DNA from: a virus
Lineage: Duplodnaviria; Caudoviricetes
Strand: one strand, 5' to 3'
Virus record (IMG/VR): IMGVR_UViG_3300036827_000091
Span: 577-64,576 of that record
Length of the DNA: 64,000 nt
Both the position numbers and the translations under genes were made by a program. Shown here piece after piece: positions 9,915 through 19,603 of the stretch (position 1 is its first letter; each line of letters begins with the position of its first letter). Under the pieces are notes generated by a model that saw only the letters and a program-made list of their open reading frames with translations, had not been told where the DNA came from and searched no databases.

Positions 9915-12900
9915 GTGGCGCTTGACCTGCTGCCGTACCTGGTGGCCTCGGACGCGGCAGGCACCGGGAACACCACCCTGGCGCTGACCGCCGGCGACGG
10001 CGGCGGCTGGCCCGCGGTGCCCGGGGACACGCTGATCGCTTTCGGCGGGTCCGGCACCGCGCAGCCCACCGGCATCACCGACACCGCCGGGAACACGTGG
10101 GCCAAAGACGCGGGCACCTCCACCTCGCCGGCGTCATCGGTGTGGCACACGGTGGCCGGCCAGCAGGCCGACGGGTCCGGGCTGAAAGGCGCTCTCGCCG
10201 GCTACACCGCCGACGTCGTCACCATCGCCTATTCGAGCACCGGCCAGGCCAAGCAGTGGGTGATCCTCGGCTGCCAGCACCTGGGCGCGCTGGACGTGGC
10301 AGCTACGCCAGCCACCGGCACCGGCACCGCCGTGTCGATCAGCTCCGGGGCGCTGGCGGTGGCCGGGGAGCTGGTGGCGGTGGGCGTGATGCACCAGACC
10401 GGCACCACGCTGCCTGCGCCCGCCGGCTGGCACCCGATCGCCGCCAATGTGACATCCGGGGTCAACGCGGTGGCCGACGTGTTCGTGAAAATAGCCAGCG
10501 GCACCGGCTCGGTGACGTTCAGCGGCACCCTGTCAAGCTCGGTCAGCTGGTCGGCGCAGCTGGTCAGCTATCGCCCGGCCTTGCAAGACCTGCGGGCCAA
10601 CGTGGGCGCGTCGATCTTCTCCGGTGCCTATCCGGGGCTGAGCCTGAGCAACCAACAGGCGCACAACCGGTGGAACTCGATCATGGGCGGGCGGCAGTTC
10701 AACGCGATCAAACGGTACAGCGCCGAAGACCGTGGTGCCCCCGCCACCAGCTCGTGGGGCAGCTCGGGAAACGACGTCCAGTCAACGGTGGACTGGACGA
10801 CCAACCAGGGCTGCACCTGCGTGGTCAGCATCAAGCCCTACCGTGACCCTGCCCTGGGCAGCAACGCCGCGGCCAGCCTGGCCCGGATGCGGAACGGCCT
10901 CACCTACTGGAAAAACAACGGGATCACCCCGCTTATCGTCTTGGGCAACGAAGCGAACATCGACGGCAAATCCGGGCCGTTCGGCGACGGGTCCTCCCAG
11001 AACTGGGACGGCCCTAAAGGCGGACCCAGCCCGTACGGCGCGGTGGGCTCGATCAGCGCTGCCCAGGCCGCTGTCAACTACCTGGCCTGGTACGGGTATT
11101 ACGCGCCCACCGTGATCAGCGCCGGCTTGCAAGCCGGGTACAACCCAGCGATCAGCTCGGTGACCCCGTCGAGCACGTTCATGCCAAACCGGCTGGACGC
11201 CAGCGGCTGGCCGTTGTGCTGCGGGATTCACATCGACTACTACTACAGCGGCGATTTCGCGCACAACTCGATCGACATGTCCACCATGATCTCCGCCGCC
11301 AACGCGATGTCCCCGCCGTGCCCGGTGGGCATCGGGGAGATGGGCGCGACCGACGGCAGCGACCGGCCGCTGACAGACACCCCGGCGGGCTCCCGGGCCG
11401 GGCTGGTCAGCTGGCTGGACAACCAGATCACCGCCCCCCTGGTGGCGCAGCTGGCCGCTGGCCATCAGCTGCTGCCGGTGATCTGGTTCGCGGCCGGCAC
11501 CGGCAACTCGATCGACTTCGGGCAGCCCGGCGGGGTGATCGCCGCGGTGGAGCGGATGTTCGACGCGCTCAACCCGGGCGGCACCGCCACGATCACCGGG
11601 ACGGCCACCCTGGCCGCCGGTTTCGCGGTGTCCGCGGCCCCAAGGGCCACCAAAACCGGGGCGGCGGTGATCAGCCCGTCTTTCCTGGTCAGCACGCCTG
11701 CGATACCACCGCCGCCGACATCAACCGGGGGCGTGCCTGTCAACGAATGGGGCCTTGCCATGGCTGATTCCCTGGTCCTGGCGGGCCAGATCGAGCTGCT
11801 GGGCGGCGGGGTTCCGTCACCCAACCCGGACTGCCTGGGGGCGATGTTCCGGCTGCTGCCCGGCTACGACCTGTCCGCCCCGGCGCTGACCGCGGAAATG
11901 GCCGCCGGGCTGCTGCTGGACGGGGAGATGATCACCGGCATGAGGGCGTCCAACAGGACGCCGAAGCTGCCGGTGGCCATCATCGTCCCGCCCACCGGGA
12001 ACCTGCAAGCCGACCGGGCCACCCTGGCCGGCGCACGGGAGCTGCTGCTGCGGCTGGCCGCCCAGGAGCACTGGACCCTAACCTGGGCCAGGGAAGGCGG
12101 CTACCCGATCACTTTCGACTGCCAGGGCATGACATCCAGCACGATCACCTACTCAACCAAGCTGGACATGTCGCTGGCTTCCCTGGTGGAAATCGAGTTC
12201 AGCGCCTACCCGTACGGCCGGTCCGAGGACCCCGAGCAGATCCAGATCAACACCCCGTCCCAGATCTGGGACCAGCCGCCAGCCCCGGTGGTGCTGGACA
12301 ACTTTACCGTGGCCACCAACTACCTGACCGGCGACGCCGCCGGGTTCGACGCCACCGCAGCCGACTGGACGGGGGCAGGCAACGCCACGGTGGCGTGGAC
12401 GAACAACCAGTTCCGCACCGGGCCGGGCGCGCTGGCGGTCACCTCCAGCGCCGCCGGCAACATGCAGGCCGCGTCTGCCCTGGCCGCCGACTACCTGACC
12501 AGCATGCTGTCTTGCAAGCACGGCGACACGATCAGCATCAGCCTGTTCAGCCGGGCTGGCACCGTGGGCCGGTCGGTGAACGTGGCCGCCGAGTATTTCG
12601 ATTCCCTCGGCAACAACCTGGGCGTGCCCGCCCGCGGCAGCAACGTCACCAACACCACTTCCGGCTTCACCGCCAACCCGGTGTTCACCGGCACCGCCCC
12701 GGCGGGCGCTGCCGCCGTCCGGGTCAACTTCCAGGTGGTGTCCGCGGGCGGCGCTGGCGAAGTGCATTTCATTGACGACGTCAGCATCAACCGCGGCCCG
12801 GTCATGTCCAACGTCAACCCAGACGAGTGGAGCACCAGCACGGTCACCCCGCTGACCGGGCAGCAGTCCGCCTACTGGTCCCGGCAGCCGTCTGAACACC

Positions 12901-14816
12901 CGATTTACGACCGCACCCTGCCCGCGCTGGCCGACATCACCGGCCGGGCCAAGTTCAGCTTCTGGGCCGGGTACTCCTCCACCGCCGCCATGTACCACGT
13001 CTGGCACAAGGGCACCATCCACTACTCGGTCACCCTCACCGACAGCCAGGGTTTCACCCTCAGCTTCGGGGTGAAAATGAAAGGCCAGGCCAGCGCGCTC
13101 TCCAATGTCCCGCACTGGCAGCACATCAGCATCCCCATCCCGCAGGTGTCCACCGGGTTCGACTACACCACCATCGCCGCCTACCACATCGAGGCGTGGA
13201 ACACCTGGGACAACCACAGCCAGGCCCCGGTGCTGCAGGCGTCCATGTTCCTGGCCGGGGTGCAGGCGCAGGCCACCAGCGCGGGCGCGGCGGCGACCCG
13301 GTCGGCGTGGCTGTCCCTGCCCGGGATCAAAGGAACCGCACGCGCCCCGCTGGCCATGCAGCTGGCCCCGGGCACCAGCTCGTTCAGCTCCACCGCGCTG
13401 TTCGGCACGGCCGGCGTCAACACGTGGGTGGCCCCGGCCGGGCTCACCCAGATTGACAAGGTGGAATGCTGGGGCGGCGGCGGCGGCGGCGCGGCGTCCC
13501 GCAGCGACCTCAACAATGGCGGCGGCGGCGGCGGCGGCGGCGAGTATGCGATGGACCGCAACGTGCCGGTCACCGCGGGCAACACCTATCACCCTGTGGT
13601 GGGCGCGGGCGGGCAGAACGGCACCATCGCCAGCTCGCCCACCAACGACGCCACCAGCGGCGCAAGCTCCTATTTTGTCGGCGACTCGGGCAATCAGACC
13701 ACCGCCCACGGCGGGCAGTACGGGTTCATCAGCGTGATCAACGAAGGAGGCAAAGGCGGGTCTGGGTCCGGCGACTACCTGCACCACCCGGGCGGCCAGG
13801 GCTTCCGGGCCAACTTCCGGTGGAACGGGACCGGCGGCGGCGGCGGCAGCTCGGGCGGGCCAGGCGCGGACGGCAACGACGCCAGCGCGGAAGCAGGCGC
13901 GAGCGCGCCCACCGGGGGCGGCGCGGGCGGGACCGGCGGGGCGCGGCCCAACAACGACTACAACACCGGGAGGGACGGCGCTAGACCTGGCGGCGGGGCC
14001 GGCGGCGGCGGCCTGCGCCTGGACGGGACCATCGCCGGCGGCGGCGCGGGCGCGAACGGGCAGATCAAGCTGTCTTACGGCGCGACCGGGATTTTCCCGC
14101 TGGGCAGCTTCCTGGTGCACATGCCGCAGATCGACGCGCCGGCCGCGCTCAACCCGGTGTGCTCGGTGGGCAACGGCGCGGACGCGCCGGACGGGCGCGA
14201 ATACACATTCCCGGCCGTGTCCAACCTGAACGCCCGGTTCGACGGCACGTACACGGTGTTCCTCATCGCCTCGGCGTGGAACACCCCGGCCAGCTCGCGC
14301 ACGCTCACCGTGCAGCTGCGCCAGTACCCGTTCTCAGGGGGAACCGGGCTGGCCGCGCCCGCGCTGACCCGCACGGTCACTCCCAACACCGACATCACCA
14401 ACGGCTACGTGGACATGGGCGCGGTCACCCTGCCCTTGGCTGACCTGCCGCCGGGCAACACCGACGCCTATTTCACCGTGGGGGTCACCTCGGGCAACGC
14501 CGCGGACCGGTTCTACGACATCCTGCTGGTTGACTCCCAGGGCCAGCTGGTCCTGGTCAACATGCCGGGCACCGCGTTTGTCAACCTGGCCTGGATCGAT
14601 GAGGCCGACCGGGACCGGGACCTGGGCCGGGTCAGCGGGTCCGACACCGACCTGAACCGGGCCAGGTCGCTGCTGCAATGGACCGACCGGTTGTCCGGCG
14701 GGCCGCTGTCGGTCACCCCCGACCAGGACAACCGCATCCTCATCTACGCCACCCAGGGCGTGCCCGCGGCCACCGCCTACTACGCACCCCGGTGGTGGAC
14801 GGAGCGGCTGTCCTGA
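9915..14816 (+). CDS. Large minor tail protein (evolved Dit-like with glycoside hydrolase-like, CBM-like and Gly-rich inserts)
   Basis: 1633 aa directly after TMP; GNEAN...DYY...GEMG; CBM4/9-like segment; poly-Gly blocks. Confidence 0.7.
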   Translation: MALDLLPYLVASDAAGTGNTTLALTAGDGGGWPAVPGDTLIAFGGSGTAQPTGITDTAGNTWAKDAGTSTSPASSVWHTVAGQQADGSGLKGALAGYTADVVTIAYSSTGQAKQWVILGCQHLGALDVAATPATGTGTAVSISSGALAVAGELVAVGVMHQTGTTLPAPAGWHPIAANVTSGVNAVADVFVKIASGTGSVTFSGTLSSSVSWSAQLVSYRPALQDLRANVGASIFSGAYPGLSLSNQQAHNRWNSIMGGRQFNAIKRYSAEDRGAPATSSWGSSGNDVQSTVDWTTNQGCTCVVSIKPYRDPALGSNAAASLARMRNGLTYWKNNGITPLIVLGNEANIDGKSGPFGDGSSQNWDGPKGGPSPYGAVGSISAAQAAVNYLAWYGYYAPTVISAGLQAGYNPAISSVTPSSTFMPNRLDASGWPLCCGIHIDYYYSGDFAHNSIDMSTMISAANAMSPPCPVGIGEMGATDGSDRPLTDTPAGSRAGLVSWLDNQITAPLVAQLAAGHQLLPVIWFAAGTGNSIDFGQPGGVIAAVERMFDALNPGGTATITGTATLAAGFAVSAAPRATKTGAAVISPSFLVSTPAIPPPPTSTGGVPVNEWGLAMADSLVLAGQIELLGGGVPSPNPDCLGAMFRLLPGYDLSAPALTAEMAAGLLLDGEMITGMRASNRTPKLPVAIIVPPTGNLQADRATLAGARELLLRLAAQEHWTLTWAREGGYPITFDCQGMTSSTITYSTKLDMSLASLVEIEFSAYPYGRSEDPEQIQINTPSQIWDQPPAPVVLDNFTVATNYLTGDAAGFDATAADWTGAGNATVAWTNNQFRTGPGALAVTSSAAGNMQAASALAADYLTSMLSCKHGDTISISLFSRAGTVGRSVNVAAEYFDSLGNNLGVPARGSNVTNTTSGFTANPVFTGTAPAGAAAVRVNFQVVSAGGAGEVHFIDDVSINRGPVMSNVNPDEWSTSTVTPLTGQQSAYWSRQPSEHPIYDRTLPALADITGRAKFSFWAGYSSTAAMYHVWHKGTIHYSVTLTDSQGFTLSFGVKMKGQASALSNVPHWQHISIPIPQVSTGFDYTTIAAYHIEAWNTWDNHSQAPVLQASMFLAGVQAQATSAGAAATRSAWLSLPGIKGTARAPLAMQLAPGTSSFSSTALFGTAGVNTWVAPAGLTQIDKVECWGGGGGGAASRSDLNNGGGGGGGGEYAMDRNVPVTAGNTYHPVVGAGGQNGTIASSPTNDATSGASSYFVGDSGNQTTAHGGQYGFISVINEGGKGGSGSGDYLHHPGGQGFRANFRWNGTGGGGGSSGGPGADGNDASAEAGASAPTGGGAGGTGGARPNNDYNTGRDGARPGGGAGGGGLRLDGTIAGGGAGANGQIKLSYGATGIFPLGSFLVHMPQIDAPAALNPVCSVGNGADAPDGREYTFPAVSNLNARFDGTYTVFLIASAWNTPASSRTLTVQLRQYPFSGGTGLAAPALTRTVTPNTDITNGYVDMGAVTLPLADLPPGNTDAYFTVGVTSGNAADRFYDILLVDSQGQLVLVNMPGTAFVNLAWIDEADRDRDLGRVSGSDTDLNRARSLLQWTDRLSGGPLSVTPDQDNRILIYATQGVPAATAYYAPRWWTERLS

Positions 14817-15304
14817 TGGCCAGCGAAAAAGAATACGACGTCGAGCAGCGGCTGAACAACCACATCGGCACGCACCGGGCCATCCAGACGGCCACCCAGT
14901 CCAACAGCCTGGCCACCAGCTTTTCCGGGGTCGGCTGCGCCATCGACCTGGCCGCGGGGGCCAGCTACCAGTTCCGGGGCCTGTTGCTGTGCACGTTCAC
15001 CGCGTCCGGCGGCACGATGACCTACCGGTTGCACCCCACCAACGGGCTGGCGGCGTCCAGCTTCCGGGCCATCCTGGTCGAGTTTGTCAATGCGCAAGGC
15101 CCGGTGACCGACAAAAACAGCGCCCTGGACGGCACCCTCACCGGCAGCGTCGTGGGAACCGGGCTGTCCGACCGGTACGCCATGCTGGAAGGTTTCATCA
15201 CCGTCAGCACCGCGGGCACAATGGCGACGCAGGGGGCGCTGTCCTCAGGGTCCGGCACGATGATCCAGTCCGGCAGCTACCTGGAAGTCACCCAGGTCAC
15301 GTAA
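14816..15304 (+). CDS. Minor tail/receptor-binding-like protein
   Basis: TGATG coupling; beta-rich, ends GSYLEVTQV. Confidence 0.55.
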   Translation: MASEKEYDVEQRLNNHIGTHRAIQTATQSNSLATSFSGVGCAIDLAAGASYQFRGLLLCTFTASGGTMTYRLHPTNGLAASSFRAILVEFVNAQGPVTDKNSALDGTLTGSVVGTGLSDRYAMLEGFITVSTAGTMATQGALSSGSGTMIQSGSYLEVTQVT

Positions 15305-15315
15305 AGGAGCCACCC

Positions 15316-15609
15316 ATGACCGCAGGCCAGTCGCCGACCCTGGCGCTGTTCAACAACCAGCTCACCAGCTTCGCCATCCAGCTCCGCCACCTGTGCGATC
15401 AGATATCTGACATCAACCTGCAGATAGCCAAGCAGGGCACGGCCGGGCTGCAGGCGATGGGCGCAAGCCCCGCCGACGCCGCCGACATCATGAACAGGTG
15501 GGGGCAGATCAACACGATCGCCTCGCTGTACTTCGGCACCGCCACCCAGGCATCCGTGTTCAACTTTGACGACGCCCTGTCCAACGTGCGGGGCGGGGCC
15601 ACCAGCTGA
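15316..15609 (+). CDS. Hypothetical helical protein
   Basis: SD AAGGAG, ATG at 15316. Confidence 0.65.
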   Translation: MTAGQSPTLALFNNQLTSFAIQLRHLCDQISDINLQIAKQGTAGLQAMGASPADAADIMNRWGQINTIASLYFGTATQASVFNFDDALSNVRGGATS

Positions 15610-15610
15610 C

Positions 15611-16759
15611 ATGCGCCCCGGGCTGACCGCGATCGTCACCTACCGCCCGGACGGGAGCCAGCCGAAGCACCTGTCCGAGCTGGCGCATGTCAGCCCGCCT
15701 GTTTACAGCTTCACCACGCCCGGCGGCTGCCAGGACCTGACCGCCACCGTGTACCGGATGCCCTCCTGGCGCACCGACGCGCTCAGCCCAGGCCGGATCG
15801 TCAAGGCGTTCCGCGGCGGGATGCTCGCCTGGTCCGGCATCCTGGACGAGCCGGTGCCCACCGCTGCCGGGTGGACGCTGAGCGCGCACGGGACAGGCGT
15901 GCTCGGCCAGGACTACCGGGCCGTGTGGACCGGCACCTGGGGCACGTCCACCCCGGACCAGGTGATCAGCAACGCGATCAGCGCCGGGCTGCCGTGGATC
16001 AACCCGGGCATCGGCTCCCCGGCGGGCATGTGGATGGGCCAGCAGACGGACTCGGCCAGCCAGAGCGTCACCGACCTGCTCACCCTGATCTGCAACAAAG
16101 GCGGTCTCACCTGGGAGGTGACCACCGCCTCCTACGGGAACGTGCTGTCGGTGTTCCCGCTGCCGTCCGCGCCGAACCGGCTGCTGGTGGCCACCGGCCC
16201 GGTGCCGCGCAGCGTGGCCGCCGGGGCGACGATGATCCGCATCCGCTACCAGAACGCCGGGGACAGCGGCAAAAAGCCCGCCACCTACGCCTTGACCAGC
16301 GTCACCGACGCTGACCGGGAAACCGAGCAGGGCCACACCGAGGACTACATGGACTTGTCCTCAGCTGGCGTGCAAACCAGCGGGCAGGCGCAGGCGGTCG
16401 GCTCCCAGGTGCTTAAACGGTTCACCCGGGCCGCGTTCACCGAGCAGTTCCCCGCTGTCTACGGCCACCTGCTCAACACGGGCGGGGTGCCGGTGGACCC
16501 GGGCTGCTTCTACGCCGACGGGATCGGCGCGATGGTGTGCCGCCTGCTGCTGGCCGACCTGGGCTACGCGGGCGACATCGCCCGGGGGCCGGTGCAGTTC
16601 CTGGTCGGCGAATACGAGTGGAACGACGCCACCTGCGTGGCCACGATCACCCCGTTTGAGAGCCTGCGGCACAACTGGTCCAGCCTGCTGTCCGTGGCCG
16701 CTCAAACCGCCCCCGTGCACCGGCACCGCGCCACGCACAAGCACAAGAAAGGCCGCTAG
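15611..16759 (+). CDS. Minor tail protein (hub/Tal-like)
   Basis: 382 aa; PGG, WSGILDEP, G.TE.Y.DLS motifs. Confidence 0.7.
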   Translation: MRPGLTAIVTYRPDGSQPKHLSELAHVSPPVYSFTTPGGCQDLTATVYRMPSWRTDALSPGRIVKAFRGGMLAWSGILDEPVPTAAGWTLSAHGTGVLGQDYRAVWTGTWGTSTPDQVISNAISAGLPWINPGIGSPAGMWMGQQTDSASQSVTDLLTLICNKGGLTWEVTTASYGNVLSVFPLPSAPNRLLVATGPVPRSVAAGATMIRIRYQNAGDSGKKPATYALTSVTDADRETEQGHTEDYMDLSSAGVQTSGQAQAVGSQVLKRFTRAAFTEQFPAVYGHLLNTGGVPVDPGCFYADGIGAMVCRLLLADLGYAGDIARGPVQFLVGEYEWNDATCVATITPFESLRHNWSSLLSVAAQTAPVHRHRATHKHKKGR

Positions 16760-16762
16760 GGG

Positions 16763-16774
16763 CTGTACGTACAG
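16763..16774. promoter_or_regulatory. Palindrome CTGTACGTACAG (TGTA-N2-TACA box)
   Basis: Perfect 12-bp palindrome in the gap before the lysin. Confidence 0.5.
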
Positions 16775-16956
16775 AATGCCCGCGTCCCGCGGCCAGGCAG
16801 GCCGCTGCGGGCTTTCTGGCACGGGAACGGGCACGGGGGCACGCGGCGCTCCCAGGCGCTCCCAGAGCGTTCTGGGGGCTCGGCCAGGCGACGTGTACGC
16901 TGAGCCTGACACCCCCGCTCTGAGCTGTCCCACGCCGCCGACCAAAGCGGGGCTCC

Positions 16957-17928
16957 ATGTCTGTTTCCCCACCCGGCCCGCCTGACGCGGGCAGCCTGCT
17001 GTCCAGGTCCAGGGCCGGCAGCGCCGCGTTCGCCGCGCACCACGCCGCGCTGCCCTGGACTGGGCGCAGGGGCGTGCCAGGCATCGACTACGCCTGGTCG
17101 AAGCCATCGATCCCCGCGCTGAAAGCCGCGGGCGAGGTGTTCGTCGCCCAGTATTTCTCCCCCGACGAGTCCAAAGACCTGACCCCGGCGCGGGCGCATG
17201 ATCTGCAGGCCGCCGGCATCAGGATCGTCGTCGTGTACGAATACGGCGCGCAAGACGCCCGGCGGGGCCGGGACGGCGGCCGGCGGGACGCGACCGCCGC
17301 CGAGGCGCAGGCCAAGGCGTGCCACGTAGACGGCATCCCCATCTACTGGGCGATCGACTACGACGCGCCGCCCGGCGACCAGAGCCTGCTCGGCGATTAC
17401 GCCCGCGGGTGGACCGACGTGCTGGGCATGGACCGGGGCGGCAACGCCTACGGCGGGTTCTGGCCGTTGTCCCGGCTGAAAGCCGCCGGCCTGGTCAAAC
17501 GGCTGTGGGGCACCCCGGCATGGTCGGGGTCCAACTGGGCCACGTCCGGGCTGGTGCCGGACATCATGCAAGGCTCGATGATCACCATCGGCGGGGTGCA
17601 GTGCGACCTGGACGCGGGCTTGACCGCCGACCCCGGGTGGTGGCCGAGGCCGAAGCCGGCCGCCACCGGGGCCACCTGGCAGTGGCTCGCCACCGACGGG
17701 AACCTGTCCCTGGCCGGGGTGGTCCGCGAGCTGAACCGGAGCCTGCCCGCGGGCAGCCAAATCCGCCCGGCGCAGGTGCTGCGCATGACCGTCGGCAAAA
17801 ACGGCGGCCAATGGGACGCGCCGGGCACCAGCATCCTGGGCGACTGGGTGAACAAGGTGCTCGGCGACCCGGGCACCGACCCGCACACGGCCATCCCCAA
17901 AGGGGCCAAGCTGTGGGTGCTTCGGTAA
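16957..17928 (+). CDS. Endolysin, DUF1906/Rv2525c-like glycoside hydrolase
   Basis: GIDY, F..QY.S...K.LT..., V.VYE, IYWAIDYD, YGG, CDLD; lysis position. Confidence 0.85.
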   Translation: MSVSPPGPPDAGSLLSRSRAGSAAFAAHHAALPWTGRRGVPGIDYAWSKPSIPALKAAGEVFVAQYFSPDESKDLTPARAHDLQAAGIRIVVVYEYGAQDARRGRDGGRRDATAAEAQAKACHVDGIPIYWAIDYDAPPGDQSLLGDYARGWTDVLGMDRGGNAYGGFWPLSRLKAAGLVKRLWGTPAWSGSNWATSGLVPDIMQGSMITIGGVQCDLDAGLTADPGWWPRPKPAATGATWQWLATDGNLSLAGVVRELNRSLPAGSQIRPAQVLRMTVGKNGGQWDAPGTSILGDWVNKVLGDPGTDPHTAIPKGAKLWVLR

Positions 17929-18191
17929 GCCTGCTGCGGCTGCTGCGGCAGCGGCGCGAAGGCCCGCACAGCTGCCCGGCGCAGCGGCGGGCCGCGGAGC
18001 TGGCCGCCGAGCTGTCCGGCATGGCCCGCAGCGGCCGGGTGTACGTGCGGGTCGGGCACGTGCTGGAAACCCTCGACCCGGAGCGCAAGCTGGCCCCGCC
18101 AGCGCCCCCGGCGCTGCCCCCCGACGCCGATCCGCTCACCGGCTGCCTGCCGGTGGCCGCTGACCCGCCGGGCGCTGAGCGTGCCACATGA
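17925..18191 (+). CDS. Hypothetical protein, start uncertain
   Basis: Open frame fills the lysin-holin gap, ends with ATGA overlap; first ATG only at 18021. Confidence 0.35.
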   Translation, partial: VSLLRLLRQRREGPHSCPAQRRAAELAAELSGMARSGRVYVRVGHVLETLDPERKLAPPAPPALPPDADPLTGCLPVAADPPGAERAT

Positions 18192-18439
18192 CCACCTCGT
18201 CTGTGCTGCCGTGGCTGACCGGCCCGGCGGCGGCCCTGGTGGTTCTCATCTGGGTTGTGGTCATGGCCCGGCAAGACATCAGGGACCTGCGGCGGGCGCT
18301 GGAAGCCGAGCGCCGCAGGGCCGACTCGGCGGAGGAAGCAGCCCGCGCCTCGCTGGCCGTGATCAGCGCGCTCACCGGGCAGCCGATCCCAGCGCCCCCG
18401 CGGGCTTATGCGGTTCAGGGACCGGTGGATGACACATGA
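18188..18439 (+). CDS. Membrane protein, TM plus coiled coil (lysis cassette)
   Basis: One TM then charged helix. Confidence 0.65.
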   Translation: MTTSSVLPWLTGPAAALVVLIWVVVMARQDIRDLRRALEAERRRADSAEEAARASLAVISALTGQPIPAPPRAYAVQGPVDDT

Positions 18440-18660
18440 AATGGCCTTGGAAGCGGAAAGCGCGAGCCGAGGCGGAGCAGTCTCAGGAGGCAGCCGTGCG
18501 AGTGCGCGCCGAGGTGATCATGCCGCTCCGACAGCTGGCGGCGGAAATAGACGACATGCGGATGGTGGACGCGCTGCCAGACGCGGTGCGGCAGATGATG
18601 GCGCGGCAATACAAGGAGGGGCCTGGTGACCCAGGCGGAAGCAACCCAAATCGGGATTGA
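18436..18660 (+). CDS. Small lysis-cassette protein
   Basis: MKWPW start plus amphipathic helix; ATGA overlap. Confidence 0.6.
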   Translation: MKWPWKRKARAEAEQSQEAAVRVRAEVIMPLRQLAAEIDDMRMVDALPDAVRQMMARQYKEGPGDPGGSNPNRD

Positions 18661-18952
18661 GCTGATCTTCTACACCTCGCTGGCTTTTTGCATCGCCGTG
18701 TCCTCGTTCTGGGCGTGGTGGAAATCGCAGCTGGGCTGGACGATCATCGCCAAAAGCCTGTGCCTGGCAATCGCCACGCTGCCTGCCATGGTGTTTTTCT
18801 GGCTCGGGCACCGGGCACCCACCTGGCTGGAAGACGTGTCCATCGCCGGCTTGTGGTCGGTGCCGGTGGTGCTCGCCTGGCGGGCGATCGTGCTGTGGCG
18901 GGTGCAGCGTGGCTACATGAAAACGAAGCCGCCCGACGCTGGCATGGTGTGA
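18626..18952 (+). CDS. Putative holin, three TM
   Basis: SD AAGGAGG; three hydrophobic segments, WWKS..G motif, basic C-terminus. Confidence 0.65.
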   Translation: MTQAEATQIGIELIFYTSLAFCIAVSSFWAWWKSQLGWTIIAKSLCLAIATLPAMVFFWLGHRAPTWLEDVSIAGLWSVPVVLAWRAIVLWRVQRGYMKTKPPDAGMV

Positions 18953-19090
18953 CCGGGCGTCACCAACGCTCCGGGCCGCCCAGCGCTATCCAGTCTTCCC
19001 AGCTGGCCAGCCCCGAGTGGGATATCGCGTCGCAGATGCCCCGCCATTCGGTGTCTATATCCACTGCCTTGCCCCCCTCGCCCCGCGCTG

Positions 19091-19603
19091 TTACCAGCCG
19101 ATCCCGTATGCCCGCAGCCAGCGCCGCGCCGACCGGCGGGCCGCCAGCTCGGCGGCCAGGATCTGCGCGGCTTCCGGTGGCGGTTTCCGCCTGCCCCGGT
19201 AGTACACTTTGCCGCTGGGCGCGACCCAGTAGCAGTTTTTCACGCTGTTGCACCGCTTGCACAGCAGCGCCGAGTTCCACAGGCAGGTCAGCCCGCCCAT
19301 GATCCACGGCGTCATGTGGTCCACCGGGAACCGTTCTGCGCCTTTCGCCTGCCGGGCATGGCAGTGGACGCACTGCCCCCGGTCGGCGCGCTCCACCATC
19401 CGGCGCAGGTGCGGGGTGATCTTCGAGGACCGCTGCCTGGACCGCTGCCGTGGCCGGAACCGGCGGTGCGCCAGCCGGTGCCGGTGCTCGTGCCGGGCGC
19501 GGCGGGTGACGCACAGCGCCAGCAGGCCGCCCGGGTTGCTGAACGCGGACCCGAGGAAGCCGGCTGCTGGCAGCAGCGGGGCCAGCAGCAGGCCCGCGTT
19601 CAC
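19091..19603 (-). CDS. HNH endonuclease with hydrophobic N-terminus
   Basis: CVHC...VDH..PW..GG.T...N..LLC..CN..K. Confidence 0.85.
   Translation of the reverse strand: MNAGLLLAPLLPAAGFLGSAFSNPGGLLALCVTRRARHEHRHRLAHRRFRPRQRSRQRSSKITPHLRRMVERADRGQCVHCHARQAKGAERFPVDHMTPWIMGGLTCLWNSALLCKRCNSVKNCYWVAPSGKVYYRGRRKPPPEAAQILAAELAARRSARRWLRAYGIGW

Noticed and set aside
13470-14060. GGC runs and (CCCGCG)n at about 57530-57560 as DNA-level repeats
   Set aside because: They encode poly-Gly and Pro-Ala linkers
18960-19094. A third GTA start overlapping the HNH stop
   Set aside because: A GTG at 19064 with a good SD explains the small ORF
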